Positions 19,874-29,816 of a stretch of DNA of 64,000 bases are shown here, piece after piece (positions within the stretch are counted from its first letter, which is position 1; every line of letters starts with the position of its first letter). The notes under the pieces are model-generated. The model was given only the letters and a program-made list of their open reading frames with translations. It made no database searches and was not told where the DNA came from. The position numbers and the translations under genes are program-made. Location: NCBI GenBank assembly GCA_023229825.1, contig JALNYN010000007.1, forward strand, positions 2,596 to 66,595, read 5' to 3'. This stretch comes from Minisyncoccota bacterium (GTDB lineage Bacteria > Patescibacteriota > Minisyncoccia > Phycocordibacterales > CAIJYI01).

Positions 19874-20562
19874 ATTATTTTCTTTTCGGCATTTATCCGT
19901 ATATCGCACTCGCCATCTGCATCGTGGGATGCCGGTATCGCTACCGTCATTATCCTGAAAGCTGGAAGGCGAGTTCAGATATGTTTCTCGAAACCGACCG
20001 GCTGCATCGGCTCAGCTTAAGGATCCTCCATTGGGGCATTTTCTTGCTCCTCGGCGGACACGTAGTCGGACTGTTAACTCCGCATGAGATATACGAGCCC
20101 TTTATTTCCATCGCTCACAAGCAAATGCTGGCGATGGTCGGAGGAGGCGTATTTGGAGGAATGGTTCTCGTAGGCCTTTCGCTTTTGCTTTTTCGAAGAA
20201 TATATTTTCTGAGAGTTCGCAGAACGAGCGTGCCGATGGATTATGTAGTTCTCGTTTCGCTTTTACTAAGCGTTATGACAGGACTCGCAACCATTCCCGT
20301 TTCAGCCGGTCATCCTCATGGAGACGTTATGATCGCACTCTCAAGCTGGGCGCAGAATATAGTCACCTTTCAGCCGGGCGCTGCCGATCTGGTCGCCGGT
20401 GTTCCGTTGATCTACAAGATCCATATCTTTATTGGAATGACAACGCTCTTTACGCTTTTGCCGTTCGGACGGCTGATACATGCAATAAGCGGTGTTGCCG
20501 CCATTGCGGTCTATCCGTTCCGTCCTTGGCAGGTCGTTCGTCTCTTGAGGTGGCGAAAATAG
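19870..20562 (+). CDS. narI: Respiratory nitrate reductase gamma subunit (cytochrome b)
   Basis: FLFGIYPYIAL; four heme-ligand His (LHWG, GHVVG, KIHI, LIHA); GLLTP; KQMLAM. Confidence 0.95.
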   Translation: MNYFLFGIYPYIALAICIVGCRYRYRHYPESWKASSDMFLETDRLHRLSLRILHWGIFLLLGGHVVGLLTPHEIYEPFISIAHKQMLAMVGGGVFGGMVLVGLSLLLFRRIYFLRVRRTSVPMDYVVLVSLLLSVMTGLATIPVSAGHPHGDVMIALSSWAQNIVTFQPGAADLVAGVPLIYKIHIFIGMTTLFTLLPFGRLIHAISGVAAIAVYPFRPWQVVRLLRWRK

Positions 20563-20594
20563 CCAAACAGTATAATTGTTCTTTTAACTTATCC

Positions 20595-20624
20595 CCGCTC
20601 CGACATTCGTCGGAGCGGTTTTTT
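20595..20624 (+). terminator. Terminator after narI
   Basis: CCGCTCCGAC-attc-GTCGGAGCGG followed by a T tract. Confidence 0.85.
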
Positions 20625-20634
20625 ATGTCCGAAT

Positions 20635-21822
20635 TTATCTCTTTTTCACGGTAAACACGAATTGATATGCGGACGGTTCGATCTTTACTCCGGCAACGGC
20701 GGCGGGCAATACTTCGATGAGCGTGACCTCTTCCGCTTCGGTCGTGATCATTTTTCCGAGCGCAAACTCTTGCAGCGCTGTTCCGAGCCCGCTTATCATG
20801 AGAGCTTTCATGCGGACGGTACCCGCCTGAATGCATTGTACGTTCGCCGGGCATCGGCTGTCTTCGAGCAGTTCTCTCGGGGCGATCGAAACATCCGACG
20901 CGGTTTTTTTCTCACCGATACTTACCATTACGGTTTCTTTTTGGGAAGCTTTCGCCGCAGCCAGAAAATTTACGCTTTTGAGAATACTCTCCTGCACCGC
21001 ATCTTTTTCGGTTCGGTTCGTAAAGACAAAAGTGTATCGCGTGCCGTTCTTGGTGGTTTGATAAGCGACGAACGGGGGATCCATAGAGAGAGAAATATCC
21101 CATCGGACGGAACCGACCTCGTCCGATTCCTGAAAGATCGAGCCTTTAAAGTATTTTGGAATTCCCGGCCGGATCGGCTGGATCATGAAAGTAAATTCCG
21201 TTCCGATGCTTCGAAATGAAACTTCAATACCGGTCGGCATGGTTCTTATTTCCGGGGGAAAATTCGAACCGGCGCTCGCGGGATATTTAAACGAAACTCC
21301 TTTTTCGTCGTTCGTATAGATCGCCCAGTTTTTTATTATTTCCGGATCGGATGCCGGATCAGGGGCGGGGCACACGACATTATCGACGAACCATCCGTCT
21401 GCGGTTTTTTTGACATATGCGCGAACATCGAGACTTTGATCGCCGAAAGATTCTTTTACCGTAACTATGGATGATCGCTCGTCGACAGCTTTGACATCGC
21501 CCATCAAAATACTCTCGGGAAGGTTTTGCGCACAGACGATCGGATCGGCTCCGAGTTTGGCGATGCCCGCGGCGGCAATATTCTTTTCAAGATCGACTGT
21601 CGAAACTCCGGTATGGCTTTGGCAGTATTCGGAAACTTTCTCTTTTGCCTCGCGCGGAGGATCTTTCACGCAATTCTGATAATTATTATAAAATGCAAGT
21701 ACCGCTGTTTTAGGGTCTTCTGTCGGTGCGGTATTATTCGGCGAGAAATAAAAAAAATACAGAACCGATCCGACCGCCGCCAGCACGGCCGCAAAAATTA
21801 TTTTTTTTGTGTAGGTATTCAT
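20635..21822 (-). CDS. Membrane-anchored multidomain extracellular protein
   Basis: N-terminal TM; ADPIVCAQN module; WAIYTN...FKYP module; C-terminal EDSRCPANVQCIQAG module; leaderless TGGTATAGT 6 nt upstream. Confidence 0.75.
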   Translation of the reverse strand: MNTYTKKIIFAAVLAAVGSVLYFFYFSPNNTAPTEDPKTAVLAFYNNYQNCVKDPPREAKEKVSEYCQSHTGVSTVDLEKNIAAAGIAKLGADPIVCAQNLPESILMGDVKAVDERSSIVTVKESFGDQSLDVRAYVKKTADGWFVDNVVCPAPDPASDPEIIKNWAIYTNDEKGVSFKYPASAGSNFPPEIRTMPTGIEVSFRSIGTEFTFMIQPIRPGIPKYFKGSIFQESDEVGSVRWDISLSMDPPFVAYQTTKNGTRYTFVFTNRTEKDAVQESILKSVNFLAAAKASQKETVMVSIGEKKTASDVSIAPRELLEDSRCPANVQCIQAGTVRMKALMISGLGTALQEFALGKMITTEAEEVTLIEVLPAAVAGVKIEPSAYQFVFTVKKR

Positions 21823-21866
21823 GGAAATACTATACCACATTCGATCTACCGCACAAAAAGTTTTTG

Positions 21867-21992
21867 CCGCCGGACGGGGGTTGTACCCCCGTTCGAAACG
21901 TTTGAACTGACAGATAAGCTTTTGTTTTTCGCACCCAACTTTTAGCAGACATCACAAACGTCATGAACGGGAGTGCAACTCCCGTCCGGCGG
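21867..21992. other. Long intergenic imperfect hairpin (candidate ncRNA or mini-element)
   Basis: 28-nt arms CCGCCGGACGGGGGTTGTACCCCCGTTC / GAACGGGAGTGCAACTCCCGTCCGGCGG plus inner ACGTTTG/CAAACGT pairing. Confidence 0.5.
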
Positions 21993-22055
21993 ACGACGTA
22001 CGGAATGTGAGTAAAAAAGAAGACCTTTAAAAAAGGTCTTCTTTATAAACTAAGT

Positions 22056-22550
22056 TTAATTTCCGTAACCGGCTGGCGACGCGTGCGCGAACCAGAGGTG
22101 TCCCGGGCCGTAGGAAAGGTCCTTGCCCTGATCCATGATCACGGCAAATTGTCCCCAGATACCATATCCGCCCTCGGGGATCAAAGTAGGATCTGCGACG
22201 TAATCGCCGACCCATTTGATCTTATAATGCCAAACGGCTCCGGATCCGTCCTTTCCGCTGCCGTTCCATTCATTATTTTCCCAAGCATCATAGCCGTTGG
22301 GATCGGTCCAGCCTTCGGCATTACCCCTATCCCATTCCGCGTTCCATTTCATGATCAGCTTGTCGTTTGCATAGTCGCCGAGATAATCGGCCGGCAAGCC
22401 TTTTTCAAGAGACCAGCTTTCTCCCGTTCCATTAAATATTCGCGCGGTATCGTTATAACCGAATTCATCGAATCCTCCTCCTGCAAGCGCGGAACCCGCA
22501 CCGGCAAAAATAACTCCAGCGATCGCTAATGTAAATAATGTTTTGTTCAT
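22056..22550 (-). CDS. Hypothetical secreted Trp/Gly-rich protein
   Basis: Signal peptide; FDEFGYN..ARIFNG, LIMKWN, WHYKIKWVG, IWGQFAVIMDQG; terminator at ~22016-22045. Confidence 0.75.
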   Translation of the reverse strand: MNKTLFTLAIAGVIFAGAGSALAGGGFDEFGYNDTARIFNGTGESWSLEKGLPADYLGDYANDKLIMKWNAEWDRGNAEGWTDPNGYDAWENNEWNGSGKDGSGAVWHYKIKWVGDYVADPTLIPEGGYGIWGQFAVIMDQGKDLSYGPGHLWFAHASPAGYGN

Positions 22551-22686
22551 AAGATATTTATTTGTTTATCAAACTTGAATAAGTATCGACCGCATCCGTT
22601 CGTCCGAACGTCGTAACTATTATAACGCTTGATTGATGTAAATAAAATGAGAATAAAAAAGCTCCGACCTCGTCGGAGCTTTGCGG

Positions 22687-23229
22687 TTACTTGTACCAGT
22701 TTATCGTTGTGCCATGTTTTTCAAGATCGGCGCGAACTTCGTCCCAATTTTTCCAGACGATGTATACTGTCTGAAGCAGAGGAAGGACGGTCCTTCCTTC
22801 GACCGGAAAATACAGCCATATGCCGCCTGATCGCGATTTAGCATCGTAGAAGGGGCTGAACACAGAGCGGGCTATCTCAATATTGCAGATATCTTCCGCT
22901 TTGAGTAAACCTTCCTGCAATGCCGTTGCCACAGAAGAGAACTTCATGGATTTCTTAAACCACTCGCTTTCATCTGCCGGTTCAAAAAGTTCAAAATCCT
23001 CAAAATACATGTCGGGATTTGGGACAGGTATTTTTGTCGACCGTAAGTCGTCTTTGGTGGGCCAGCCAAATTGACCATAGAGCACATAGAGCCTTAACTC
23101 CGGCTTGGTATCGAGCACTTTAAAAGTTTCTTTTCCGTTTATTTTCGCATAGTCCGCATTTCTTCCTATGTAGATCTGATTGTATACGCGTCCTTTTTGA
23201 AGTTCTTTCCAGCTATTTAATTTCTTCAT
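22687..23229 (-). CDS. Hypothetical protein
   Basis: GAAGGTGG RBS before MKKLNSW; terminator hairpin at ~22655-22683. Confidence 0.65.
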   Translation of the reverse strand: MKKLNSWKELQKGRVYNQIYIGRNADYAKINGKETFKVLDTKPELRLYVLYGQFGWPTKDDLRSTKIPVPNPDMYFEDFELFEPADESEWFKKSMKFSSVATALQEGLLKAEDICNIEIARSVFSPFYDAKSRSGGIWLYFPVEGRTVLPLLQTVYIVWKNWDEVRADLEKHGTTINWYK

Positions 23230-23389
23230 TTTTCCACCTTCGGAGAACAATTCCGAACTAGAGAATATCACTAAAGACTTGCTTTGTCAAAGTGCACGCG
23301 CCGACACCCCCCTCGTTCATTAATTTATCATATTCATCATGAAGAATCGTTATCTATTATTAAATTTTATCAAAATTAAGATCACCTAT

Positions 23390-26300
23390 ATGAACGCAAG
23401 AAGTAAACGCTACGCACTGCCGGTATTGTCCGGCGTTGTTTTGTCCTCAATGCTTTTTTATTTAAGCGATGATAGTATCGGAGCTCCGATAAATCTCGTG
23501 CAAAATCCTTCGGTGGAGAATGGCACCGCCGTTCCTAACTCGTGGCAAAAAGGCCGCTGGGGTGCGAACACTGTGACCTATACCTATCCCGAAGCCGGAC
23601 TCGCCGGAACGAAGTCGGTTCGTGTCGACATGACGGCACATACTGATGGAGATGCGAAATGGTATTTTTCCGAAGTAGCGGTGAAGCCGTCAACGAAATA
23701 TGTATTTTCAAATAAATATATTTCCAATGTTTCAACGACCTACACCATTCAATATAAAAATACCAGCGGAGCGTTCTCATATGCCGCGCTCGGAACAGTT
23801 CCGGCTGTTCCATCCGCGACGCAAAAACAATTTACTTTTACCACTCCTGCAAATGCGGTTGCGATGACAGTTTTTCATCATATCAATGCGGTCGGTTATC
23901 TGATCACCGACGACTATTCCCTTATGGAAGAAACAGCCGTCGCTGATACGGTTTCTCCAAGCACCTCCATTCTCGCACCGGGAAATGGAAATGAAGTGTC
24001 AGGTATCGTGGCGGTAAACGCAAGCGCAAGCGATAACGTCGGCGTCGTCGGCGTATCGCTGCTTGTAGATGGGGCGGTAATTGGCGCCGAAGATCTTTCT
24101 TCTCCTTATGAATTTTCTCTTGATACCCGCGCTTTTTCGAACGGTTCTCATTCGCTCGCGGCCAGAGCAAGAGATGCGGCCGGAAATATCGGAACGAGTA
24201 CGCCGGTTAATGTCAGTATCAATAACTCGGTTTCCGGAAGCAACCTAATACAAAACGACTCGCTGGAAACCGCAGGCACAAATGGCAACCCGCTTTCATG
24301 GATGCGCGGAGGCTGGGGGCAAAATACTCCCGTATTCACTTATCCCGTAACCGGTCAGCAAGGAGCGAAAGCGGCAAAGCTCGAGATCACCTCATACGTG
24401 AGCGGCGATGCCAAATGGTATTTTTCGGAAGTGCCGGTAACGGCGGGTGCGATCTATAATTTCAAGGATATGTATCGGTCCACGGTCGCGAGTTCGCTCG
24501 TTGCTCAATTTGCCGTGTCCGGCGGATACCAATATCAGTTCATCGCCGATCTTCCGGTTGCCGCCAACTGGACGGAGACAAATTACAATATTACCGTACC
24601 GGCCGGAGCTGCAAAGATGACCGTTTTTCACCTGCTTTCTTCTGTCGGCACGCTTGAAACCGACGCGTTCTCTTTGATGAGCAACTCGGCAGATCTTACG
24701 GCTCCCTCTGTAAACATTACTTCTCCGGTTCCGCTCTCGACGATCTCGGGAACGGTGACTGTTAATGCCTCATCGACCGACAATGTCGCCGTTGCCGAAG
24801 TGGAACTTTTTGTTGACGGCGCGCCTGCGGGGGTTAAAGATATTTCTTCCCCTTACGCGTTCGTTATCGATACTGCTGCTTTTTCCAACGGTTCGCATAC
24901 GCTGCTTGCTAAAGCAAAAGATACTTCCGGAAATATCGGATCGAGCGAAGGCGTGTCGGTTACGGTTTCAAATACTCCATCAGGCACTCCCGGTTTTGAA
25001 GCACAGACCATAGCAGGAGGTTTGATGCTTCCGACCAGCATGGCTTTTTCTCCGGACGGACGAATTTTTATCGCAGAAAAGAACGGAATCATCCGCGCCG
25101 TTAAGAACGGTGCTTTGCTTCCGAATCCGGTGATCACCCTTACGGATGTGAATACGTACGGCGATCGCGGTTTGATCGGCATCGCCGCGGATCCGAATTT
25201 CATCGACAACGGGTATTTGTATTTGTCGTATACTTTTGAAAACTCTCCGGGGGCGAACTTTTCCGGTTCGAAGACCGCGAGGATCGTACGGGTTACCGTC
25301 ATCGGCGACGAAGCGAGTGAATCAAGCAAGAAGATCCTTGTCGGCAGCGTAGGCGGCACAGCGGGATCTCCTTCCTGCGACAATTTCGCGGTGACGTCTG
25401 ATTGCATCCCGTCCGATTCTTCCAGCCATAGTGCGGGAGGACTTCGATTCGGTCCGGACGGCAAACTGTACGCTTCTCTCGGAGAGGGAGCAAGTTTCGA
25501 TTATGTCGACGTTAGAGCCCTTCGCTCGCAGAATCTCGACAGCCTTGGCGGAAAGATCTTGCGGATCAATGCCGACGGCACCGCACCTTCTGATAATCCG
25601 TTCTATAACGGCGATCCGAATTCGAATCGCTCGAAGGTTTACGCCTATGGAATGCGCAACACGTTTCGATTCAATTTCCGGCCGTCCGACGGAGCGCTTT
25701 TCGCAGGAGACGTTGGATGGAGCACTTGGGAAGAGATCAATAGGATCCTTCCCGGGAAAAATTACGGGTGGCCCTGCAAAGAAGGCAATGCGCCGACAAC
25801 GATAGCGCCCGGCGGTCCGGGGTACAATTGTCAGGCAGCAGGAGCTGTTGATCCCATATATTTTTACCAGCATGATCAGGCGGGTGCGGGAGCCGTAACG
25901 GCGGGAGCATTTCCTACCGGCTCCGCTTATCCGGCGGAATATTCGAACTCGCTCTTCTTCGGAGACTTCGCTCAGAATTTCATTCGACGCATTACTCTCG
26001 ATGAGAACAATAATGTTTTATCTGTCCGAGAAGACATCATCGATAACCCCGGAGGTCCCGTCGATCTGTCAACGGGTCTCGACGGAAACGTCTATTATAT
26101 TTCCATTTATAAAGGAACGCTCGAAAGACTGGTGTATACGACGGGGAACAGGAATCCTTCGGCCGTGATAAACGCATCGCGCACCTCGGGCCTCGCTCCT
26201 CTTTCCGTGCAATTTTCTTCGGAGGGATCGTCTGATCCGAACGGTGACGCTCTTGAATATCGCTGGACATTCGGCGACGGTGCGACTTCAAACAGCGACA

Positions 26301-27979
26301 GTCCTTTTCACGTTTTTAGCGATAACGGAACGTATTCGACCGTGCTGAAAGTGACCGATGGAAAAGGAGGCGTCGATATTAAAACGATCAAGATCACTGT
26401 CGGTAATCAATCGCCGAGTGCGGAGATAGTATCTCCTGCGAGCGGAACCCTCTATACTTCCGGAAGTCCGATAAATTTGCGCGGACAGGGAACGGATGCC
26501 GAAGACGGCGCGCTTCCGGCATCGTCGATGCACTGGTCGATCATTCTTCATCACAATATTCACACGCATGTTCTTGAAGAGTTCGATGGCGTATCAGCTC
26601 CGACATTCAATGCTCCTGATCACGGAGGCGAACTCGATGTGTATACCGAAGTGCTCCTCACTGTCACCGACAGCGCAGGACTTATCGGTACGCAAAGCAT
26701 CAATCTGTATCTGAACAACGGCCAGCAAAGCGGCGGCGGAAATCTCATAAAGAACGGATCGATGGAAACCGTCGACCCGAACGCAGCGGAAAGACCGTTG
26801 TATTGGATGAGCGACTTCTACGGCAGTATGAGTCAAAAGTTCACCTATCCGGTCGCCGGACTGGATGGAATGTCCGCCGGAAAAGTTGAGGTGAGTAATT
26901 ATGTCAGCGGTTCGGCAAAATGGTATCACGATCCGGTATTCGTAACGCCGGGCGCGGAATATGATTTTTCCGGATACTATACTTCAACTGCCGATACTGA
27001 TCTTATCGCTGAATTCGGATTCGCGAACGGCACCTATGATTATGTATTTCTCGATAGCATCCCGCCGGCCGCATCTCCGACGCAGATAAAAAAGACGATC
27101 GCGATCCCCGCCAATGTTCAGCGCCTTTCTGTTATTCAAGAATTGGTAGGGAACGGAACCTTGATCACTGATAATTATTCTCTTACATTAAAACAGTCCG
27201 ATCCGGGAGGAGGAGAAATAAATCTGATCTCAAATGGCACCTTTGAAGAGGTTGCCGCGAACGGTGATCCTTCCGGCTGGTTCCGCGGAGCATGGGGAAG
27301 CCAGACAACTTCCTATTTCTATCCGGTCGAAGGAAGGAACGGAGGGAAAGCGGCGAGCGTTGCAATAACATCATATCCGGAGTCCGGGGGAGGCGATTCC
27401 AAATGGTCTTTCGCCGGGATCCCCGTAGAGAGCGGAACTCGGTATACCTATTCCGATTGGTACAAAGCAGGCGACATTTCCGATGTGATCGGAGGATATG
27501 TCATGACGAATGGGCAAGAACACTATTTCGGAGTGGCGAAAGAATTGGTTCCGACCGATACATGGAAAGCCGCCACCGGAAGTTTCTGTCCGCCGGTCGG
27601 AGTATCGACCGTTTCGCTCTACCATATCATCAGCAGCGAAACCACGCTTTCCGTTGATGACGTTTCTCTGACGGCGGGAGGTTCGTGCACCCCCGCGGAG
27701 ACGACCGCTCCAAGCGTTGCTTTTACTGATCCGCTCGAAGGACAAACCGTTTCCGGAGTTGTCACGCTGCAAGCCGCGGCAACCGACGAGTCGGGAGTTT
27801 CCAACTTCTTCTTTGCCGTCGACGGAATTCCGCTCGGAGAAAACTACCCGACCGGACCCTACACTATTCAATGGGACACAACGACCGTCCCGAACGGCAC
27901 GCACACCTTGAAAGCAACCGCAACCGATCCTCACGGAAACAACGACCGCCAGATCATAAGCGTTATTGTGAACAATTAA
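23390..27979 (+). CDS. Large secreted protein: CBM-like repeats, Ig-like (Big) domains, PQQ-dependent sugar dehydrogenase (GSDH) beta-propeller and PKD domain
   Basis: Four NLxxNxSxE...W...GDAKWYF repeats; ASDNVGV...ARDAAGN Ig domains; DRGLIGIAADPNF, FGPDGKLY, GKILRINADG, YGMRN, DVGWSTWEEIN, NYGWP; WTFGDG PKD motif. Confidence 0.88.
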   Translation: MNARSKRYALPVLSGVVLSSMLFYLSDDSIGAPINLVQNPSVENGTAVPNSWQKGRWGANTVTYTYPEAGLAGTKSVRVDMTAHTDGDAKWYFSEVAVKPSTKYVFSNKYISNVSTTYTIQYKNTSGAFSYAALGTVPAVPSATQKQFTFTTPANAVAMTVFHHINAVGYLITDDYSLMEETAVADTVSPSTSILAPGNGNEVSGIVAVNASASDNVGVVGVSLLVDGAVIGAEDLSSPYEFSLDTRAFSNGSHSLAARARDAAGNIGTSTPVNVSINNSVSGSNLIQNDSLETAGTNGNPLSWMRGGWGQNTPVFTYPVTGQQGAKAAKLEITSYVSGDAKWYFSEVPVTAGAIYNFKDMYRSTVASSLVAQFAVSGGYQYQFIADLPVAANWTETNYNITVPAGAAKMTVFHLLSSVGTLETDAFSLMSNSADLTAPSVNITSPVPLSTISGTVTVNASSTDNVAVAEVELFVDGAPAGVKDISSPYAFVIDTAAFSNGSHTLLAKAKDTSGNIGSSEGVSVTVSNTPSGTPGFEAQTIAGGLMLPTSMAFSPDGRIFIAEKNGIIRAVKNGALLPNPVITLTDVNTYGDRGLIGIAADPNFIDNGYLYLSYTFENSPGANFSGSKTARIVRVTVIGDEASESSKKILVGSVGGTAGSPSCDNFAVTSDCIPSDSSSHSAGGLRFGPDGKLYASLGEGASFDYVDVRALRSQNLDSLGGKILRINADGTAPSDNPFYNGDPNSNRSKVYAYGMRNTFRFNFRPSDGALFAGDVGWSTWEEINRILPGKNYGWPCKEGNAPTTIAPGGPGYNCQAAGAVDPIYFYQHDQAGAGAVTAGAFPTGSAYPAEYSNSLFFGDFAQNFIRRITLDENNNVLSVREDIIDNPGGPVDLSTGLDGNVYYISIYKGTLERLVYTTGNRNPSAVINASRTSGLAPLSVQFSSEGSSDPNGDALEYRWTFGDGATSNSDSPFHVFSDNGTYSTVLKVTDGKGGVDIKTIKITVGNQSPSAEIVSPASGTLYTSGSPINLRGQGTDAEDGALPASSMHWSIILHHNIHTHVLEEFDGVSAPTFNAPDHGGELDVYTEVLLTVTDSAGLIGTQSINLYLNNGQQSGGGNLIKNGSMETVDPNAAERPLYWMSDFYGSMSQKFTYPVAGLDGMSAGKVEVSNYVSGSAKWYHDPVFVTPGAEYDFSGYYTSTADTDLIAEFGFANGTYDYVFLDSIPPAASPTQIKKTIAIPANVQRLSVIQELVGNGTLITDNYSLTLKQSDPGGGEINLISNGTFEEVAANGDPSGWFRGAWGSQTTSYFYPVEGRNGGKAASVAITSYPESGGGDSKWSFAGIPVESGTRYTYSDWYKAGDISDVIGGYVMTNGQEHYFGVAKELVPTDTWKAATGSFCPPVGVSTVSLYHIISSETTLSVDDVSLTAGGSCTPAETTAPSVAFTDPLEGQTVSGVVTLQAAATDESGVSNFFFAVDGIPLGENYPTGPYTIQWDTTTVPNGTHTLKATATDPHGNNDRQIISVIVNN

Positions 27980-27989
27980 ATAAATCAAA

Positions 27990-28024
27990 CAAAAAAGCCA
28001 TCGATCACTTGATGGCTTTTTTGT
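27990..28024. terminator. Bidirectional terminator hairpin, near-identical to 29780-29813 in inverted orientation
   Basis: CAAAAAAGCCATCGATCACTTGATGGCTTTTTTG. Confidence 0.8.
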
Positions 28025-28114
28025 TATTGAACTTTCGTCTCGGTCTGGGTGGGACTAAAACCCGTCTCAGGTGGAGTCTTTCGTATCGCTTATTTCTGCC
28101 TTCAACTTACCTGT

Positions 28115-28146
28115 CGTCATACCGGACAGGGATCCGGTATCCACGT
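28115..28146. repeat. Single GTCAT-type repeat unit
   Basis: CGTCATACCGGACAGGGATCCGGTATCCACGT, with a compensatory A/T change in the stem. Confidence 0.8.
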
Positions 28147-28172
28147 CGTCGCGCGAGGTATCGGAGTTCACC

Positions 28173-28460
28173 TCAGAAAAAAAGAGAAGACACAATAAGT
28201 CCTTGAACGATGAGCCCGATAATTCCGTACACTACAGCATTTTCCCCCAGTTTTCTATCCAATGGTGCCGATTTTGTTAGGTAGACAATCCCGAGAATGA
28301 TTCCGGCATAGGGAAGGATTAAACCTAATAGGCAAGATGTTCCGTAAAGGGGGTGTTTATCAACTTTTACTGTGTAGGTCGACAATAACGCGGAGCCGCA
28401 ATGTCTGCATTTTATCGCCTCATCTTTTATCTCTTCAGCACAATAAGGACATTTTTTCAT
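28173..28460 (-). CDS. Zinc-ribbon membrane protein
   Basis: [22 protein letters not shown] plus two TM helices. Confidence 0.85.
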   Translation of the reverse strand: MKKCPYCAEEIKDEAIKCRHCGSALLSTYTVKVDKHPLYGTSCLLGLILPYAGIILGIVYLTKSAPLDRKLGENAVVYGIIGLIVQGLIVSSLFF

Positions 28461-28488
28461 TTTTTTCCAGCTTTGTTTTAAGTTCAAA

Positions 28489-29703
28489 TTATTTTTTTGT
28501 TTGATTGGTCCTGCACACATCATTCGGATGCAACACAAAAGTGTGGGTATCAGTCGCGACAATAGTCATTGGTTCTATGACACCATTAGACGTTGTGGCG
28601 GCGCTTTTAATGGTAGCGCTTTCTGTCAACAATAGTTTGTCGGGAAATGGTGGCCACTTGAAATAATACAAGGAATACATGGATACCGGAAGGTGATCTG
28701 GTGTCGCTCTGGCAAATATTCTGTATGATATGTCCTTTGTCGAATCGATGGGGGATCCTGCTGTAGGTAGTCCTGCTGCATGTGTGTAAAGTTGCACACC
28801 AGTTGTGTTGTGTATTTTATAATGCACTGTCATATCCGCAAATTGTAATACATCGTTCTCACACGTATATGTCAATTTTGGGTCTATCCGTACTTTGTTT
28901 GAAACCGAACGAAAAATTTTCGCTGCATTATTGACTTTTATGGAAACAGTAGCACTCACACCGATATTCCCCGCAGTATCGCGTGCTTGTGCCACAAGTT
29001 TGTGTTTGCCATTCGTAATAGACGAGGTATTCCATTGGAATTCATAACGACCGCCGCGCGAAATTGTTGCTTCTCCAACATTGAGAGGTTCACCATCGAG
29101 CTTGAGGGTGACCTCGGAAACTCGTCCGGGGCATTGATCATTCGCTATCACGGAAATAGTGCTTGTTCCCGAAACAGTGCTTCCGGAGATCGGTGCCGTT
29201 ATGGAAACCGTCGGCGCGTTGACATCGGGGTTGCTCACCACGATGGAAACCGGCGCGCTTGTGGCGATATTTCCCGCGGCATCTCGTGCGACCACTGTGA
29301 GAACATGGGTTCCATCGCTATACAGACGACCTTTGCATCCGCCGGAATTTTCAGCATACGCCGAAGTATCCCACGTAAATTCGAATGGGGGAATAGTATC
29401 TTCAATGTCCTGCGTTCCATAGGGGCCCACGCGCATCGGTTCTCCGTCGATCCGAAGTTTCACTCCGGCAACGCCGACATTGTCCGTCGCGGCTACCCTG
29501 ACGGTGATCGTTGCCGACGTTGTGGCACCTGCTGTTGCTGAAGTTATGGCGACCTCCGGGGGTTGTGTATCTATGGTTTTGGCGTTAGGAAAAAAGATCC
29601 GTCTGTGAGTACTCGCACTTTCCGCTACATGAGGAAAATATGGAGACAATAAAACAACGCCGAGAAACAAAAAGAAAAGAAACTTTAAATTTGTATTTTT
29701 CAT
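28489..29703 (-). CDS. Secreted protein with tandem Ig-like (Big) domains
   Basis: Signal peptide; [24 protein letters not shown]. Confidence 0.8.
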   Translation of the reverse strand: MKNTNLKFLFFLFLGVVLLSPYFPHVAESASTHRRIFFPNAKTIDTQPPEVAITSATAGATTSATITVRVAATDNVGVAGVKLRIDGEPMRVGPYGTQDIEDTIPPFEFTWDTSAYAENSGGCKGRLYSDGTHVLTVVARDAAGNIATSAPVSIVVSNPDVNAPTVSITAPISGSTVSGTSTISVIANDQCPGRVSEVTLKLDGEPLNVGEATISRGGRYEFQWNTSSITNGKHKLVAQARDTAGNIGVSATVSIKVNNAAKIFRSVSNKVRIDPKLTYTCENDVLQFADMTVHYKIHNTTGVQLYTHAAGLPTAGSPIDSTKDISYRIFARATPDHLPVSMYSLYYFKWPPFPDKLLLTESATIKSAATTSNGVIEPMTIVATDTHTFVLHPNDVCRTNQTKK

Positions 29704-29779
29704 AGAAATTTAAGATTATTTCTAATATCTGCGTTTCTTAGTACGCCATATAATCGTTCGATATTATTTTAATGACGTA

Positions 29780-29813
29780 CAAAAAATCCATCGAGTGATC
29801 GATGGATTTTTTG
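29780..29813. terminator. Terminator after rsgA
   Basis: CAAAAAATCCATCGAGTGATCGATGGATTTTTTG. Confidence 0.8.
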
Positions 29814-29816
29814 TGG

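Noticed and set aside
14371-19950. Numerous antisense or frame-shifted ORFs within the nar genes and other long CDSs
   Set aside because: They are shadow ORFs of well-supported genes and have no motifs of their own.
21867-21992. tRNA or tmRNA
   Set aside because: The arms superficially resemble a T-arm, but there is no cloverleaf, D-arm, tag ORF or CCA end.
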